DNA of 64,000 nt from a virus (taxonomy: Duplodnaviria; Heunggongvirae; Uroviricota; Caudoviricetes), in IMG/VR virus record IMGVR_UViG_3300028048_000050, positions 19,494 through 83,493 of that record. One strand, 5' to 3'. The translations under genes and the position numbers were made by a program. Every line of letters begins with the position of its first letter. The stretch's first letter is position 1. This document shows positions 20,044 through 29,569 of the stretch, piece after piece. Under the pieces are notes generated by a model. It made no database searches and had not been told where the DNA came from. It saw only the letters and a list, made by a program, of their open reading frames with translations.

Positions 20044-20436
20044 TTATTCTCCTCTTAGTTTCTTCAAATCAGATAGCAACTTATTCAAGATTTGTTTCAT
20101 ACGAGAGTCTTTACTGGCGTCATCTGCTGCTCGATATAACCATGTAATCTGCTCTTCACTTGGCTTCCATCTAGATTCAAGAGATTTTAGCCAATCAGTT
20201 GTGAACCAATCATCATCATCGACAATCATTGGTTTAGGACTCCATTCTCCTGTTTTTCCTTCAACAACATTACCCATATAAAGGTTAAGAATCTTACCAC
20301 CAAATGATAGAATAAGAGTTAAATCGTGTTCTGCTTGCTCCAAAGTTAATACTCTGTCATATCTAATATTTATACTTCCATTGTCACGTAACGGATGCCT
20401 TGGATTTACATATTCAATACAAAATCTTGTTTCCAT
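20044..20436 (-). CDS. hypothetical protein
   Basis: 130-aa ORF. Its C-terminus resembles the C-terminus of the GNAT protein at 20444..21412. Confidence 0.4.
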   Translation of the reverse strand: METRFCIEYVNPRHPLRDNGSINIRYDRVLTLEQAEHDLTLILSFGGKILNLYMGNVVEGKTGEWSPKPMIVDDDDWFTTDWLKSLESRWKPSEEQITWLYRAADDASKDSRMKQILNKLLSDLKKLRGE

Positions 20437-20443
20437 AATTTTA

Positions 20444-21412
20444 TTATTTTAGTTTCTTTAAATCATTATAAAGCGAATTGAGTCTTGCTCCCATAGACAT
20501 AGCATTCTCTAATGCCTTCATCTGTTCATCACTTGGCTTCCAAGAGTATTTTTCTTTAAGGGATTCTAACCATTCCACATATACATCATTACCTAATCTC
20601 TTTAAATAAGAAGTCAAGCGTGAAATCTTATATTTATCTTCTTCACTCCAAGCAGGCTTTTGTCTAACAGGTTCATAAAGTTCCCAATTATCTTGTTCTG
20701 TAATATCACATATAATTCTGTCATTATACCAATACTTTCCACCTGTAATATCAGTAATTGTAAATGAGCCGAAATCATGTATATCAGAATTATTCTTTTC
20801 AGCAATAGTATCACCAACCTTAAACTTTGGTTCAGCTTTATCATCAGAATTCTGCTCACCTTGCTTTTCAAGCCAAATCTCATCTTTATCTTTGGTTGCT
20901 AAACTATTATACCCATATGTTCTGTATAATCTTTCAGCATCACTATCCTTTTTAGTTTTTAACCTAATAGCATAACAATTCAGACTCTTTGCTACTTCAT
21001 CTGTAACTTCAAGTATCTTAGTCCCGATTCCTTTATTACGGTATTCTTCGTTTACATAAAATCCTGACAAATATAGAACATTAGGTTCATCTTTATATGA
21101 ATAAAAACTAAACCTATACAATATATCTACATCTTCATCATTATTTTGACTAACCTGCTTTTCAAGCCAAGTCTGTACTTCTCCTATTGACACATTAGCC
21201 TTACACCATTCTATCTTAGAGGCGCAGCCAATAAGGTGTAGGATACCTTTTCTTATCCTTTCATCAGTTCTAGACTCTGCAAGTTCTGGGAATAAAGATT
21301 CAACACAGTCTACAATATCAGGAATTGTTTGATTAACCTCTATCGTATTCTTAGCACTTGTTAAAAGCTCATCATATCGTTTTGCTTTTTCTTCTATACT
21401 AAGTTCTTTCAT
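20444..21412 (-). CDS. GNAT-family N-acetyltransferase domain protein
   Basis: 322-aa ORF. It contains the GNAT acetyl-CoA motif segment VNEEYRNKGIGTKILE...AIRLKT.... Confidence 0.5.
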   Translation of the reverse strand: MKELSIEEKAKRYDELLTSAKNTIEVNQTIPDIVDCVESLFPELAESRTDERIRKGILHLIGCASKIEWCKANVSIGEVQTWLEKQVSQNNDEDVDILYRFSFYSYKDEPNVLYLSGFYVNEEYRNKGIGTKILEVTDEVAKSLNCYAIRLKTKKDSDAERLYRTYGYNSLATKDKDEIWLEKQGEQNSDDKAEPKFKVGDTIAEKNNSDIHDFGSFTITDITGGKYWYNDRIICDITEQDNWELYEPVRQKPAWSEEDKYKISRLTSYLKRLGNDVYVEWLESLKEKYSWKPSDEQMKALENAMSMGARLNSLYNDLKKLK

Positions 21413-21562
21413 AATTATTTTTCTTTATAATAATTCAAATCTTTTTTGTATTGTGAACTATTACGATATTTTTCGTAAGATTCTTTATAAGTATAAGAAG
21501 CTGCTCGTATTGTACCTCTATAAAACTTTTCCATAATGACAACAAATTTAATTCGTATATAG

Positions 21563-21847
21563 TTAATAATTAGGGTCAAAACAACTTCTCATATCTGCTT
21601 CATAATCAGGAGAGTAACCTTCAATATCGTCATAATCGTCATACATTTGTTCTCTAAGACCTAAACAATATTTGTAAGGACGATATATTTCTTTAACATT
21701 CTTAATACATTGATTATGTTGTTCTGGTGTTAAAGTAAAGTATGATACATTCTTTTCTGCCCATAATACATATTTAGGATTTATAGATATAATCGCATCT
21801 ACATCTTTTCCTTTATACATTCCAAAAGTAAATGTAGTCATAATCAC
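21563..21847 (-). CDS. hypothetical protein
   Basis: 94-aa ORF. Confidence 0.3.
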   Translation of the reverse strand: MIMTTFTFGMYKGKDVDAIISINPKYVLWAEKNVSYFTLTPEQHNQCIKNVKEIYRPYKYCLGLREQMYDDYDDIEGYSPDYEADMRSCFDPNY

Positions 21848-22275
21848 AACAAATTTAATTCTTTAAGTTTGAGTATCATTTCATAACAAGCATCAACAAA
21901 ATGCTCATACCTATTAGTTTCTATATTTTCAAATTCCCTGTAAGGATCAGCATATACAAGCTGGTACACATCGTCCTCTTTATTCATTTGCAAGTATGTT
22001 GAATAACCATCATCATCACACACTTCATAATGAAGTTGTTCTAGCAATGCTGCAAGGCTCCAAGCAGGAATAATATTTAAATATTTATTATTATAATCAG
22101 AGTCTTCATAAGGTATAGCCTTTATAGCTGGCAAATCAGGATTTTCTAAAATCCAAATCATATCCGCACTTTCAAGTGGCAGTATCTCTGCCAACTTCTT
22201 ACTCTGAGAAATGTCTGTATAACTCTTAATTGTTGCCATAATATTAATATGATCTACGTTTAAAATATTTATCAA
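21844..22275 (-). CDS. hypothetical protein (paralog of 41289..41609)
   Basis: The segments KSYTDISQSKKLAEILPLESADM and WSLAALLEQL are shared with the 41289..41609 ORF. Confidence 0.45.
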   Translation of the reverse strand: MINILNVDHINIMATIKSYTDISQSKKLAEILPLESADMIWILENPDLPAIKAIPYEDSDYNNKYLNIIPAWSLAALLEQLHYEVCDDDGYSTYLQMNKEDDVYQLVYADPYREFENIETNRYEHFVDACYEMILKLKELNLL

Positions 22276-22519
22276 TATATCCTTTTAATTCTTCTTCTGT
22301 AAATAAAGCCTCATCATTAATTCTATGTTGAGTATTAAACTTAGCATCGGTAGTTGTTGCTAAATATACAATCTTATTATTTTGAATTGGATTATTTTTT
22401 CCAAACCTCTCAATACTGATTTCAATTCTGTCAATGACAAGATTATGTATTTCTCCATCAACGAATCCAAATACTGAATCTCCAATATCGAACTTTGTTT
22501 TTACATTAATTATTGCCAT
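22244..22519 (-). CDS. hypothetical protein
   Basis: 91-aa ORF. Confidence 0.3.
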   Translation of the reverse strand: MAIINVKTKFDIGDSVFGFVDGEIHNLVIDRIEISIERFGKNNPIQNNKIVYLATTTDAKFNTQHRINDEALFTEEELKGYIDKYFKRRSY

Positions 22520-22525
22520 AGTTAT

Positions 22526-22957
22526 TCAAATTAAATTTTCTAAACAATACTTTATAGCTTCTTCACAAGCTGTTTCATATTTATCATAGAATATTTCGCA
22601 ATCACCTACACCATCATAATTAGAATCAAATATTTGCCAGATAAAATGTATTGTTTTCTCTACCTCACTATATGTTGGAGAAAGGTCAATATAAATATGA
22701 TGTACTTCTCTCAGCCACTTCATAACCACTGCTTGAGAGGGGCAATAACATTTAGGTTCAGGCACTCCTACTGGATATGAAGATATTGTTCCTGCTTTTA
22801 CAAGTTTGGTTTCTAATACCATTCTTTGAATTTCATACTCATCTTCATAGTCCTCTTCATTATATACTAATGAATGATATATATCATATTCTTGAGGAAA
22901 TCCTTTCTTTTTCAATAGTTTTGCTGTCTCAAAACTAACGTAATCTTCCGTAACCAT
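22526..22957 (-). CDS. hypothetical protein
   Basis: 143-aa ORF. Confidence 0.4.
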   Translation of the reverse strand: MVTEDYVSFETAKLLKKKGFPQEYDIYHSLVYNEEDYEDEYEIQRMVLETKLVKAGTISSYPVGVPEPKCYCPSQAVVMKWLREVHHIYIDLSPTYSEVEKTIHFIWQIFDSNYDGVGDCEIFYDKYETACEEAIKYCLENLI

Positions 22958-23249
22958 AACTTATATTTTTATTTCTATATATTTAATAACAATATTTAAA
23001 TTTTGCTTCACACCCATAAACTTTTTTATAATCTTTTCGTGTTATAGTTTCAACTCTATTGGGTCCGAAAAAATAGCAATATATAGAATCATTATGTGCC
23101 ACACGAACTTTCTTCAACACATAGAATATGTATACTCGTTTCAAATAATGTATAAATGGGGCTATTATCGTTATCCATAATAAAAGTAAAATAACTATAG
23201 CCCCTACTATTGCACAAATACTTACTATTAAAAACATATCATTCCATAG

Positions 23250-23606
23250 TTAATTATACATTCCTTCAGGTGCTTCTAATGCAAGATTCATAGGAATAAG
23301 ACCACGATAATCAAAATGATGAGCATTAAGCCAATCAATCTCATCCCACGCATCACAATCTTTTGTAAGACAGCAGTTAATATCTCTATATTCTTTCCAT
23401 TCTTCCTCAGTCATACTTGACATTGGTCGGAAATAGGGTTTTATGCTTTCTATACGAAATGAGTCTGAATCAACATCTAAATATACTTCATTCCCATCAA
23501 TACCCATTAAAATGCATGTCTCTTTTCCATAGAGACAAACTTTTACTTTATATGGCAATCTTGCACAAAGGTCTTTTATCAATAATTCTTTATCTTCTTG
23601 TGTCAT
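23250..23606 (-). CDS. hypothetical protein
   Basis: 118-aa ORF. Confidence 0.35.
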   Translation of the reverse strand: MTQEDKELLIKDLCARLPYKVKVCLYGKETCILMGIDGNEVYLDVDSDSFRIESIKPYFRPMSSMTEEEWKEYRDINCCLTKDCDAWDEIDWLNAHHFDYRGLIPMNLALEAPEGMYN

Positions 23607-23782
23607 AATTATTAATTCCCTTACTTATCAGAATCAAATTTAGTTCCAGTTAAAAGTTCCCAACAACATTTGAAACCTTCTTGATAAACATCCATAATTA
23701 ATTCAGTTACAGCATTTGTCTTAGGAATAACTTTCATAAGACCTTCATGCATTTTATTTCTTAATTCTTGTTCTGTCATAAT

Positions 23783-24085
23783 TTAATCAAGTTCGTCTTC
23801 AAAAAATATTTCTTCAACACTTATTATACCATTACACTCTTGAAGTGTTTCTTCATCTTTCCAAGCCATTATACTAAACACAACTTGGGTTTTATTTCTT
23901 ATTACATTTCGTGGAGTAATTTCTAATATAGGTTCTTTTAGATTACACCAATCTACTATATTAGAAAATATACAATCTATTTTTTCAATAGCTTTTTCTT
24001 TTGAATGATAATAAAATGGACCCCAAGTAAGAAATGTATGGTCAGGATAAATTATATCTCCTTCTACTTTAAAATATCTATTCAT
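23783..24085 (-). CDS. hypothetical protein
   Basis: 100-aa ORF. Confidence 0.35.
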   Translation of the reverse strand: MNRYFKVEGDIIYPDHTFLTWGPFYYHSKEKAIEKIDCIFSNIVDWCNLKEPILEITPRNVIRNKTQVVFSIMAWKDEETLQECNGIISVEEIFFEDELD

Positions 24086-24392
24086 CTTTTATTTCTTTAT
24101 AATAAAAATTCTCATAACCACAAGGAACAATATTTAACCAACGTACTCCACAATCTTGATGTCGAGAATCAAAGAAAGCACATTCATTACAATTCTTTCC
24201 TTCAACCATTCTAAACTTTTTACCAAATATTTTAATAGTACTAAAGGCTTCTTTAAGAGGTTCTTCAAGAGGTTTTAATAATTCATTTATTCCTTCTTCT
24301 ATAGTTTTATTTAATTTCTCCTCCATTTCTTTATTTATTCTTCCTTGTTCAAAAATTTCTTCCAAAGACGGAGGTAAAAATATTGCGTTCAT
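24078..24392 (-). CDS. hypothetical protein
   Basis: 104-aa ORF. Confidence 0.35.
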   Translation of the reverse strand: MNAIFLPPSLEEIFEQGRINKEMEEKLNKTIEEGINELLKPLEEPLKEAFSTIKIFGKKFRMVEGKNCNECAFFDSRHQDCGVRWLNIVPCGYENFYYKEIKDE

Positions 24393-24417
24393 ATATTTAA
24401 AGCTTTAAATTTTTTTA

Positions 24418-24684
24418 TCATTCCATAAAATCTATAGTTTTTATAGGTTGTCTAATAAAAGAATTGGTATATCCAGATTCTTTTTTAATAATATAAGGTT
24501 CTCCACAATTAGGACAATCTACAGATTCTTGATAACAATAATAATGTGTACCACCTATACGTCCGTTAGCATCACTATTACTGCGTTTAATTATATCTCT
24601 TTCTGTATATTCAAATTTACAGCCACATTTTTCACAAGTATGTATAGTACTTGGAATAGGATTAGGGTTTTCTAATATTTTCAT
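24418..24684 (-). CDS. small zinc-ribbon protein
   Basis: 88 aa with cysteine pairs CEKCGC...CPNCG. Confidence 0.35.
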   Translation of the reverse strand: MKILENPNPIPSTIHTCEKCGCKFEYTERDIIKRSNSDANGRIGGTHYYCYQESVDCPNCGEPYIIKKESGYTNSFIRQPIKTIDFME

Positions 24685-24839
24685 AATTCACTTAAATCTT
24701 TCTTAGCAAATTCTTTTAATTCCAAAATAGCTTTTTCTAATTTTTCTTCTTTTTCTTCTAATTTAGATCTTAAAGATTCTGGAATATTATTTATATTTAA
24801 TTTTTCCATAATTTTAATTATTTTAAAAAATTTTAAGGG

Positions 24840-24880
24840 AAGCCTAACCTCACGGTTTGACTTCCCTCACTTACACTTTT
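24840..24880 (-). terminator. hairpin GGGAAG-(loop)-CTTCCC followed by a T-rich run, downstream of the tRNA sub-cluster on the minus strand
   Basis: The sequence gggaagcctaacctcacggtttgacttccc is flanked by an A/T run. Confidence 0.3.
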
Positions 24881-24911
24881 AAATCTATTAAATTACAAAG
24901 ACATACGTCGT

Positions 24912-24984
24912 AGTTCCATCCAGATTCGGACTGGAGATCTTCACTTTGTAGGAGTGACGTGTTTGACCAGCTACACCATGGAAC
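24912..24984 (-). tRNA. tRNA-Val (UAC), with C33
   Basis: Acceptor GTTCCAT/ATGGAAC. D-stem GTGT/ACAC. Anticodon arm TCACT-CCTACAA-AGTGA. T-arm TCCAG-TCCGAAT-CTGGA. Confidence 0.5.
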
Positions 24985-25003
24985 TATAAAAGAGATACTT
25001 TGG

Positions 25004-25077
25004 TAATCAATGTTGGAATCGAACCAACTACTTTCGGTTTAGCAAACTGATGTTCTAACCTAATGAACTAAATGATT
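25004..25077 (-). tRNA. tRNA with anticodon GCU (AGY-reading) but a class-I fold; a 3'-CCA is encoded
   Basis: Acceptor AATCATT/ATTGATT. D-stem GTTC/GAAC. Anticodon arm TCAGT-TTGCTAA-ACCGA. T-arm GTTGG-TTCGATT-CCAAC, then A-CCA. Confidence 0.4.
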
Positions 25078-25089
25078 GAAACATTATTG

Positions 25090-25135
25090 TGAGTATCTCG
25101 TTGTGGAGTCAGAGGGAGTTGAACCCTCGTCCAAA
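25090..25135 (-). tRNA. tRNA 3'-half-like fragment (T-arm GAGGG-TTCAACT-CCCTC plus TGACTCC); no partner 5' half found
   Basis: Reverse complement of ggagtcagagggagttgaaccctc. Confidence 0.2.
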
Positions 25136-25436
25136 TAGAGTTTATTCTATAAGAATTATACAAGCTTCTGTGTATTTTTACTAATCAGTCAATTAGAAGG
25201 ACCAACACTTCCTTGTTTTAAGACTTTAAAAGAGATCTTTGCTAATGTCTTGCTTGAAACTTTTAATAACTGAGTAAGTTTCCAACTCAGGCAGCCATTA
25301 ATTCTTTAGAATTAAAAGCTACAATTTTAATGTTTAATAAGTCGCCTTTTATTCTTTTATAGGTCTCTCCCTATTGTCAGTGCTTGTTCTTATTACCTTC
25401 ATCTATTGTCTATTTTCCTTTTGACCCCAAGTATTG

Positions 25437-25510
25437 CGGGATGTATGGGATTTGAACCCATGATATCTGCCGTGACAGGGCAGCGCCTTAGACCACTAGA
25501 CGAACACCCC
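25437..25510 (-). tRNA. tRNA-Asp (GUC)
   Basis: Acceptor GGGGTGT/ACATCCC. Anticodon arm CTGCC-CTGTCAC-GGCAG. T-arm ATGGG-TTCAAAT-CCCAT. Confidence 0.55.
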
Positions 25511-25612
25511 AAGTGGAGGATTAACTAGAATCTCCTCCTGTCCTGTATTATGTATGAAAAAATTTTTTGTAAACTAAGAAGCCGTTATGAACTTATCTAG
25601 TATTATTCATAG

Positions 25613-25685
25613 TACTCCCAGTAGGGATCTAACCTACGACCTGAATCTTAGAAGGATCCTGCTCTATACACTGAGCTATGGGAGC
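25613..25685 (-). tRNA. tRNA-Arg (UCU)
   Basis: Acceptor GCTCCCA/TGGGAGT. D-stem GCTC/GAGC. Anticodon arm GGATC-CTTCTAA-GATTC. Confidence 0.55.
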
Positions 25686-25689
25686 ATTT

Positions 25690-25755
25690 AAGATACTAAT
25701 TAAAACCTATTACCTTTATAAATTGTTTTGTTTTAATATTGTAAGTATCTTAACC
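25690..25755 (-). promoter_or_regulatory. imperfect inverted repeat (AAGATACTAA ... TTGTAAGTATCTTAA) directly upstream of tRNA-Arg(UCU); copy 1 of 3
   Basis: Arms aagatact and agtatctt enclose about 45 nt of AT-rich sequence. The same architecture occurs at 26150-26215 and 29448-29515. Confidence 0.35.
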
Positions 25756-25784
25756 TTTAAAACTTGGAATTAGTCAAAATGACC

Positions 25785-25857
25785 GTGGACCCACTGGTAG
25801 TCGAAACCAGATTCTCAGTGTGCAGAACTGAAGTAATAGCCGTTATACTATGAGCCC
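25785..25857 (-). tRNA. tRNA-Ala (UGC), with C33
   Basis: Anticodon arm TCAGT-TCTGCAC-ACTGA (perfect). T-arm CTGGT-TTCGACT-ACCAG. Confidence 0.5.
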
Positions 25858-26064
25858 AAACAACCTTATAGTGAGTAGAAATATATAGTCATTTTTCTAA
25901 TATATAAGGTTCTACTAGATGCTATCTAGGAATTTATTTGGACCTCACCATGCTCGTCACCAGAGTTATTTTCTCAATATAAGCCTACAGCTTTTACCAT
26001 TATAAACTGTTAAGGGGAATGCATCTATCTTTTACAACCTATGCTCCTATAAGGTTGGACTATG

Positions 26065-26139
26065 TCATCGGTAAGGGATTCGAACCCTTGATCTCCAGGA
26101 TGAAAACCTGACGTCCTAGGCCAACTAGACGAACCGACG
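26065..26139 (-). tRNA. tRNA-Glu (UUC)
   Basis: D-stem GTCT/GGAC. Anticodon arm TCAGG-TTTTCAT-CCTGG. T-arm AAGGG-TTCGAAT-CCCTT. Confidence 0.5.
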
Positions 26140-26149
26140 ATATTACAAG

Positions 26150-26215
26150 ATACTAAATCTAATAATTCAAACGAGCTACAAATATGAATAAAATTAAAGT
26201 TGTAAGTATCTTAAT
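26150..26215 (-). promoter_or_regulatory. inverted-repeat element upstream of tRNA-Glu (copy 2 of 3)
   Basis: caagatactaaat ... gttgtaagtatctta. Confidence 0.35.
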
Positions 26216-26246
26216 TTTAAAATTATGCCACGTTCCGAAAGATAGA

Positions 26247-26882
26247 TTATGCTGGTTCAGGCATATATTTCCAAATATAACCAAAAGCTTCTTGTTGTAT
26301 TCCATTACAACATCTTGTTATACCTACATGTGCTCCAGAGTTTTGTGTAATGTTATTTTCCTATAACCATTTCTAAGCTTCTCTAGAACCATAAAAAATT
26401 TGAATAAAATTACCAGCTAAATCATATTGAGCTATTAATTTAGAGTGTGCGTTACGGAGTTTTATTCCATGAGCTTTTAATACTTTGCTAATAGTTTCTT
26501 TAATACACCCCAATTTTTTAGAAATCTATTCTCTTGTATACCCTAATCTAGCTAATTCTATTATTTCATTGTGATCATACAATATTTTTCCGTCACCACC
26601 TTTAGTAGCATTATATCCGTTATGACCATAAGTCTATAATTCGTTTATCCAATAAACCTCCCTTTCAGATAATTTAGAATCATCTTCTATGTATTCAATT
26701 TCTTCTATCTTAAAATTTTCTATACCATATTTATTCATGGCATCATATAGAGGACGTTTTTCACATCTACTTCTCTAATAATCGTTTTGATGTTCCCTCC
26801 ATCTTTCATCTAAACTATTTATAGTTTTTCCTATATACCTTTTACTATTAATTAAGTTAGTAATACAATAAATATATCCCAT
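26247..26882 (-). CDS. GIY-YIG homing endonuclease with four in-frame TAG codons
   Basis: Hand translation of the minus strand starting at the ATG at 26882 gives MGYIYCITNLINSKRYIGKTINSLDERWREHQNDY-TAG-..., which is the classic GIY-YIG motif. It continues about 212 codons to a TAA. The ORF track splits it because of the TAGs. Confidence 0.6.
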
Positions 26883-26901
26883 TTTTTTAAATTTTTATTA
26901 G

Positions 26902-26974
26902 TCCCGAAAAAGAGAATCGAACTCCTGTCTCAGCATTATGAGTGCTGCGCTTTAGGCCGCTAAGCTATTTCGGA
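26902..26974 (-). tRNA. tRNA-Met (CAU), elongator-type (could also be Ile2/lysidine-type)
   Basis: D-stem GCTT/AAGC. Anticodon arm CAGCA-CTCATAA-TGCTG. T-arm GGAG-TTCGATT-CTC. Confidence 0.5.
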
Positions 26975-27061
26975 ATCTGTTCCACTGAACATTTTTCTCT
27001 AAAGGATACGCAGTTACTCGTCACGAGCTTCCGCAATTACTAATTAAATATTATTAAGGAG

Positions 27062-27136
27062 TTGCGAGGGTTGGAATCGAACCAACGTAGACCAGCTTAT
27101 GAGACTGGGCTGGCACCATCTCCAGTCTACCTCGCG
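27062..27136 (-). tRNA. initiator-like tRNA-fMet (CAU) with a C1xA72 mismatch
   Basis: Acceptor CGCGAGG/CCTCGCA (position 1 is unpaired). Anticodon arm CCAGT-CTCATAA-GCTGG. T-arm GTTGG-TTCGATT-CCAAC. Confidence 0.5.
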
Positions 27137-27139
27137 ATA

Positions 27140-27385
27140 TTATCTATTAAATGGATACCAATACCTAAATTCATCATTAAATGGATATTTCTTATCTATT
27201 AAGTCAGATTTCTTTAGTTTTCTTCCTAATGCTTTTTCCATACATTTATAACAAACAAACGTATTTCTTTTATTTTTAATATTAAAATAATTTAATACTT
27301 GTAACCATTTATCATTATTAAGCATTGGAGAAATGGAACTTGAATAATGCCAAGTTTCGTTACATATTTTACATTTACATATCAT
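27140..27385 (-). CDS. small Cys-rich (zinc-finger-like) protein
   Basis: 81 aa with the spacing CKCKICN...CYKC. Confidence 0.35.
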   Translation of the reverse strand: MICKCKICNETWHYSSSISPMLNNDKWLQVLNYFNIKNKRNTFVCYKCMEKALGRKLKKSDLIDKKYPFNDEFRYWYPFNR

Positions 27386-27558
27386 AATAATTAAACATTA
27401 AAGAAAGAATATTTAAGTCGAAGGAAGGCAGACTGTTACTTACTTTCGCTCCCATCTATATCCAAGACTAACTTTTTATTGTGCACTTCGTCTTGCAGTC
27501 AAGTTTACAGGTTTTCCCTGAATTCGCTCTTAACTACTATTCTTTCTTTTTATCTTTT

Positions 27559-28749
27559 TTAAAAAAGATTTCTTAAAACCATTGAGCTATATAAAGAAGG
27601 TTTATTATCAGCGTTTGTTATATAATAGTAATAATAACAATCATCATCAGCAGTAACAATAATCTTTTTCTTAAAGTCAATAGAAACTATTTCATCTTCG
27701 TTAAATTCGTCTCCAATTTTTAAGTTTTTAAACTTAATAGAGGAATCTACATATTCTCTTTGAACTGAATAGAAACTTCTACAGTTACTTAATTTATATT
27801 CTTCAAGTTCTCTCTTTTGTTCTTCAGATAATTGATCATAAGGAACTCCAGGACAAGGATGAGGCATAGGATTTAATACTCTTTCTGCTTCTTTAGCAAA
27901 ATTATTTATAGAGAATTTTTCTTTGTTTTCCAACACCTCGTCTTTATACATATAACCACGAATACATGTATATTCATAATTACATACACTAACATTAAAG
28001 AACTCTTTAGCTTTAGTTAATCCATCCATTCCATGAATATTAACTTCATTAACAATAGTCTTTAAAATATCAATAGTTGATATAGTTAAAGTATCTATAT
28101 AATCAATAAGTTCTTGACGAGCTTCTGGAACATGAAGATTATCATCAAGATATTCTTCAACTGTTTTTAACTCTAAGTTTCCAAACTTCCTAACATAACG
28201 AAGTCTTGAAGGTCTTCCAATAAGATTTTCGTTAATATTCATTTCATTAGAAGTAAGAAGGAATATCTTTCTATAAATAGAATTATATACTCCATCCATT
28301 ATTTGAAGAATTGTAGAATCAGCTTCTTTAAAATTTTTCTCGAATTCGTCAAAGAAAAGAACACAATCAAAATTAAATTTACCAATAAATTCAATCATGT
28401 CCTGATTCTGATCTCCCATATCTTTAACAATAATAATTGGAAGATTAAAATCATTTGCTAGAGTTTTAGCTGTAACAGTTTTACCTGTTCCTTTAGTTCC
28501 CGTTAACATAATACCAAAGTTTCCAGTGGTATTCTCATAGGTCTTTAAAACGTGTTTACAAAACTCTGTTTGAAGACCATACATTTTATAATCAAAGGTA
28601 AACTTATCAGCATATCTGTCAAGATACCATCCTGTCATTGATACTTCAATATTGTAAATACCTACAGGAATTTGTTTAACAGTACTAAAATTACCTTCTA
28701 CTCTTTGATAAGAGTTGTCTCTTTTTAACCAGCTTACTATTGTTTCCAT
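27559..28749 (-). CDS. AAA+ family ATPase
   Basis: 396-aa ORF. Walker A motif LTGTKGTGKT and Walker B motif VLFFDEF. Confidence 0.55.
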   Translation of the reverse strand: METIVSWLKRDNSYQRVEGNFSTVKQIPVGIYNIEVSMTGWYLDRYADKFTFDYKMYGLQTEFCKHVLKTYENTTGNFGIMLTGTKGTGKTVTAKTLANDFNLPIIIVKDMGDQNQDMIEFIGKFNFDCVLFFDEFEKNFKEADSTILQIMDGVYNSIYRKIFLLTSNEMNINENLIGRPSRLRYVRKFGNLELKTVEEYLDDNLHVPEARQELIDYIDTLTISTIDILKTIVNEVNIHGMDGLTKAKEFFNVSVCNYEYTCIRGYMYKDEVLENKEKFSINNFAKEAERVLNPMPHPCPGVPYDQLSEEQKRELEEYKLSNCRSFYSVQREYVDSSIKFKNLKIGDEFNEDEIVSIDFKKKIIVTADDDCYYYYYITNADNKPSLYSSMVLRNLF

Positions 28750-28772
28750 TTCGTTTTAAAATTGTTTATTTG

Positions 28773-28843
28773 TTGGGGCACCGAGACTCGAACTCAGTCA
28801 AACAGAGCCAAAACCTGTTGTGCTACCATTACACCATGTCCCA
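28773..28843 (-). tRNA. tRNA-Gln (UUG)
   Basis: D-stem GTG/CAC. Anticodon arm ACAGG-TTTTGGC-TCTGT. T-arm CTGAG-TTCGAGT-CTCGG. Confidence 0.5.
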
Positions 28844-28885
28844 ATATGCTACCTTTTTGTCCCCAGAGTAGGTAGCAACTCTGTA

Positions 28886-29386
28886 TTAATTAGTGATAAA
28901 ACCTGAATCCTTTAGAAGATCTTTAACAGCCTCTTCAACATCTAATTCTTTTTCGAGTTCTTTATACTCGTCAGTTGTTCTAAGGAGAATTGTTTTTAAC
29001 CCTTCTAAAGATTTTATGGCTAATTTATCCATAATATCAGGTACATTATTTTCTTTATGACTCTTTAATATTTCATATTCCATAGAATCAATAATAGAAT
29101 CAATCAATTTTGGACTTTTAATAAAACTATTACAAGTTTGTTGTAACATTGGATCAGTTCCATCAATATATACAGATCCTAAATAAGTGTCAGGTTCACT
29201 TATAATATCTGATGAAATACACATACCTGCACCAATAATACAACTAAACTCTGGACCATACTTTGCTTTTAAAGCATCAGCTAAATCCTTTAACCTATCA
29301 AGGTCTGCTTTAATTTCGTCATTTGTATACATACTATCTACTTTTTTAGTTAATAACTGTACCTCGAACAAGAATCGAACTTGCAC
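28886..29386 (-). CDS. hypothetical protein (its N-terminal region overlaps the tRNA-Leu 3' end by about 27 nt, so the true start may be downstream)
   Basis: 166-aa ORF. Confidence 0.35.
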   Translation of the reverse strand: MQVRFLFEVQLLTKKVDSMYTNDEIKADLDRLKDLADALKAKYGPEFSCIIGAGMCISSDIISEPDTYLGSVYIDGTDPMLQQTCNSFIKSPKLIDSIIDSMEYEILKSHKENNVPDIMDKLAIKSLEGLKTILLRTTDEYKELEKELDVEEAVKDLLKDSGFITN

Positions 29387-29445
29387 GTCCTTTTCAGGAC
29401 ATCGGATTTTAAGTCCGATGCGTCTACCTATTCCGCCATCGAGGC
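29360..29445 (-). tRNA. tRNA-Leu (UAA), class II
   Basis: Acceptor GCCTCGA/TCGAGGT. Anticodon arm CATCGGA-CTTAAAA-TCCGATG. Variable arm TCCTGAAAAGGACG. T-arm GCAAG-TTCGATT-CTTGT. Confidence 0.6.
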
Positions 29446-29447
29446 AC

Positions 29448-29515
29448 TTAAAGATACTTAAGATCCAACAAAAACATTATCAACAGAATTAAGAAAACTT
29501 TATTTTCATTGTAAG
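29448..29515 (-). promoter_or_regulatory. inverted-repeat element upstream of tRNA-Leu(UAA) (copy 3 of 3)
   Basis: aagatacttaagatcc ... cattgtaagtatcttgaa. Confidence 0.35.
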
Positions 29516-29569
29516 TATCTTGAATTGTAAAGTTATTAATAAGTTTTTTAAATTTACAGTTAAAAAATG

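Noticed and set aside
25130-25440. Group I intron inside the tRNA fragment at 25090-25135, which would explain the missing 5' half.
   Set aside because: No matching 5' acceptor strand was found within 350 nt upstream, and there are no recognisable P7 or P3 core elements. Treated as an orphan tRNA fragment.
26184-26366. Plus-strand ORF 26184..26366.
   Set aside because: It is antisense to the 3' end of the recoded GIY-YIG homing endonuclease gene.
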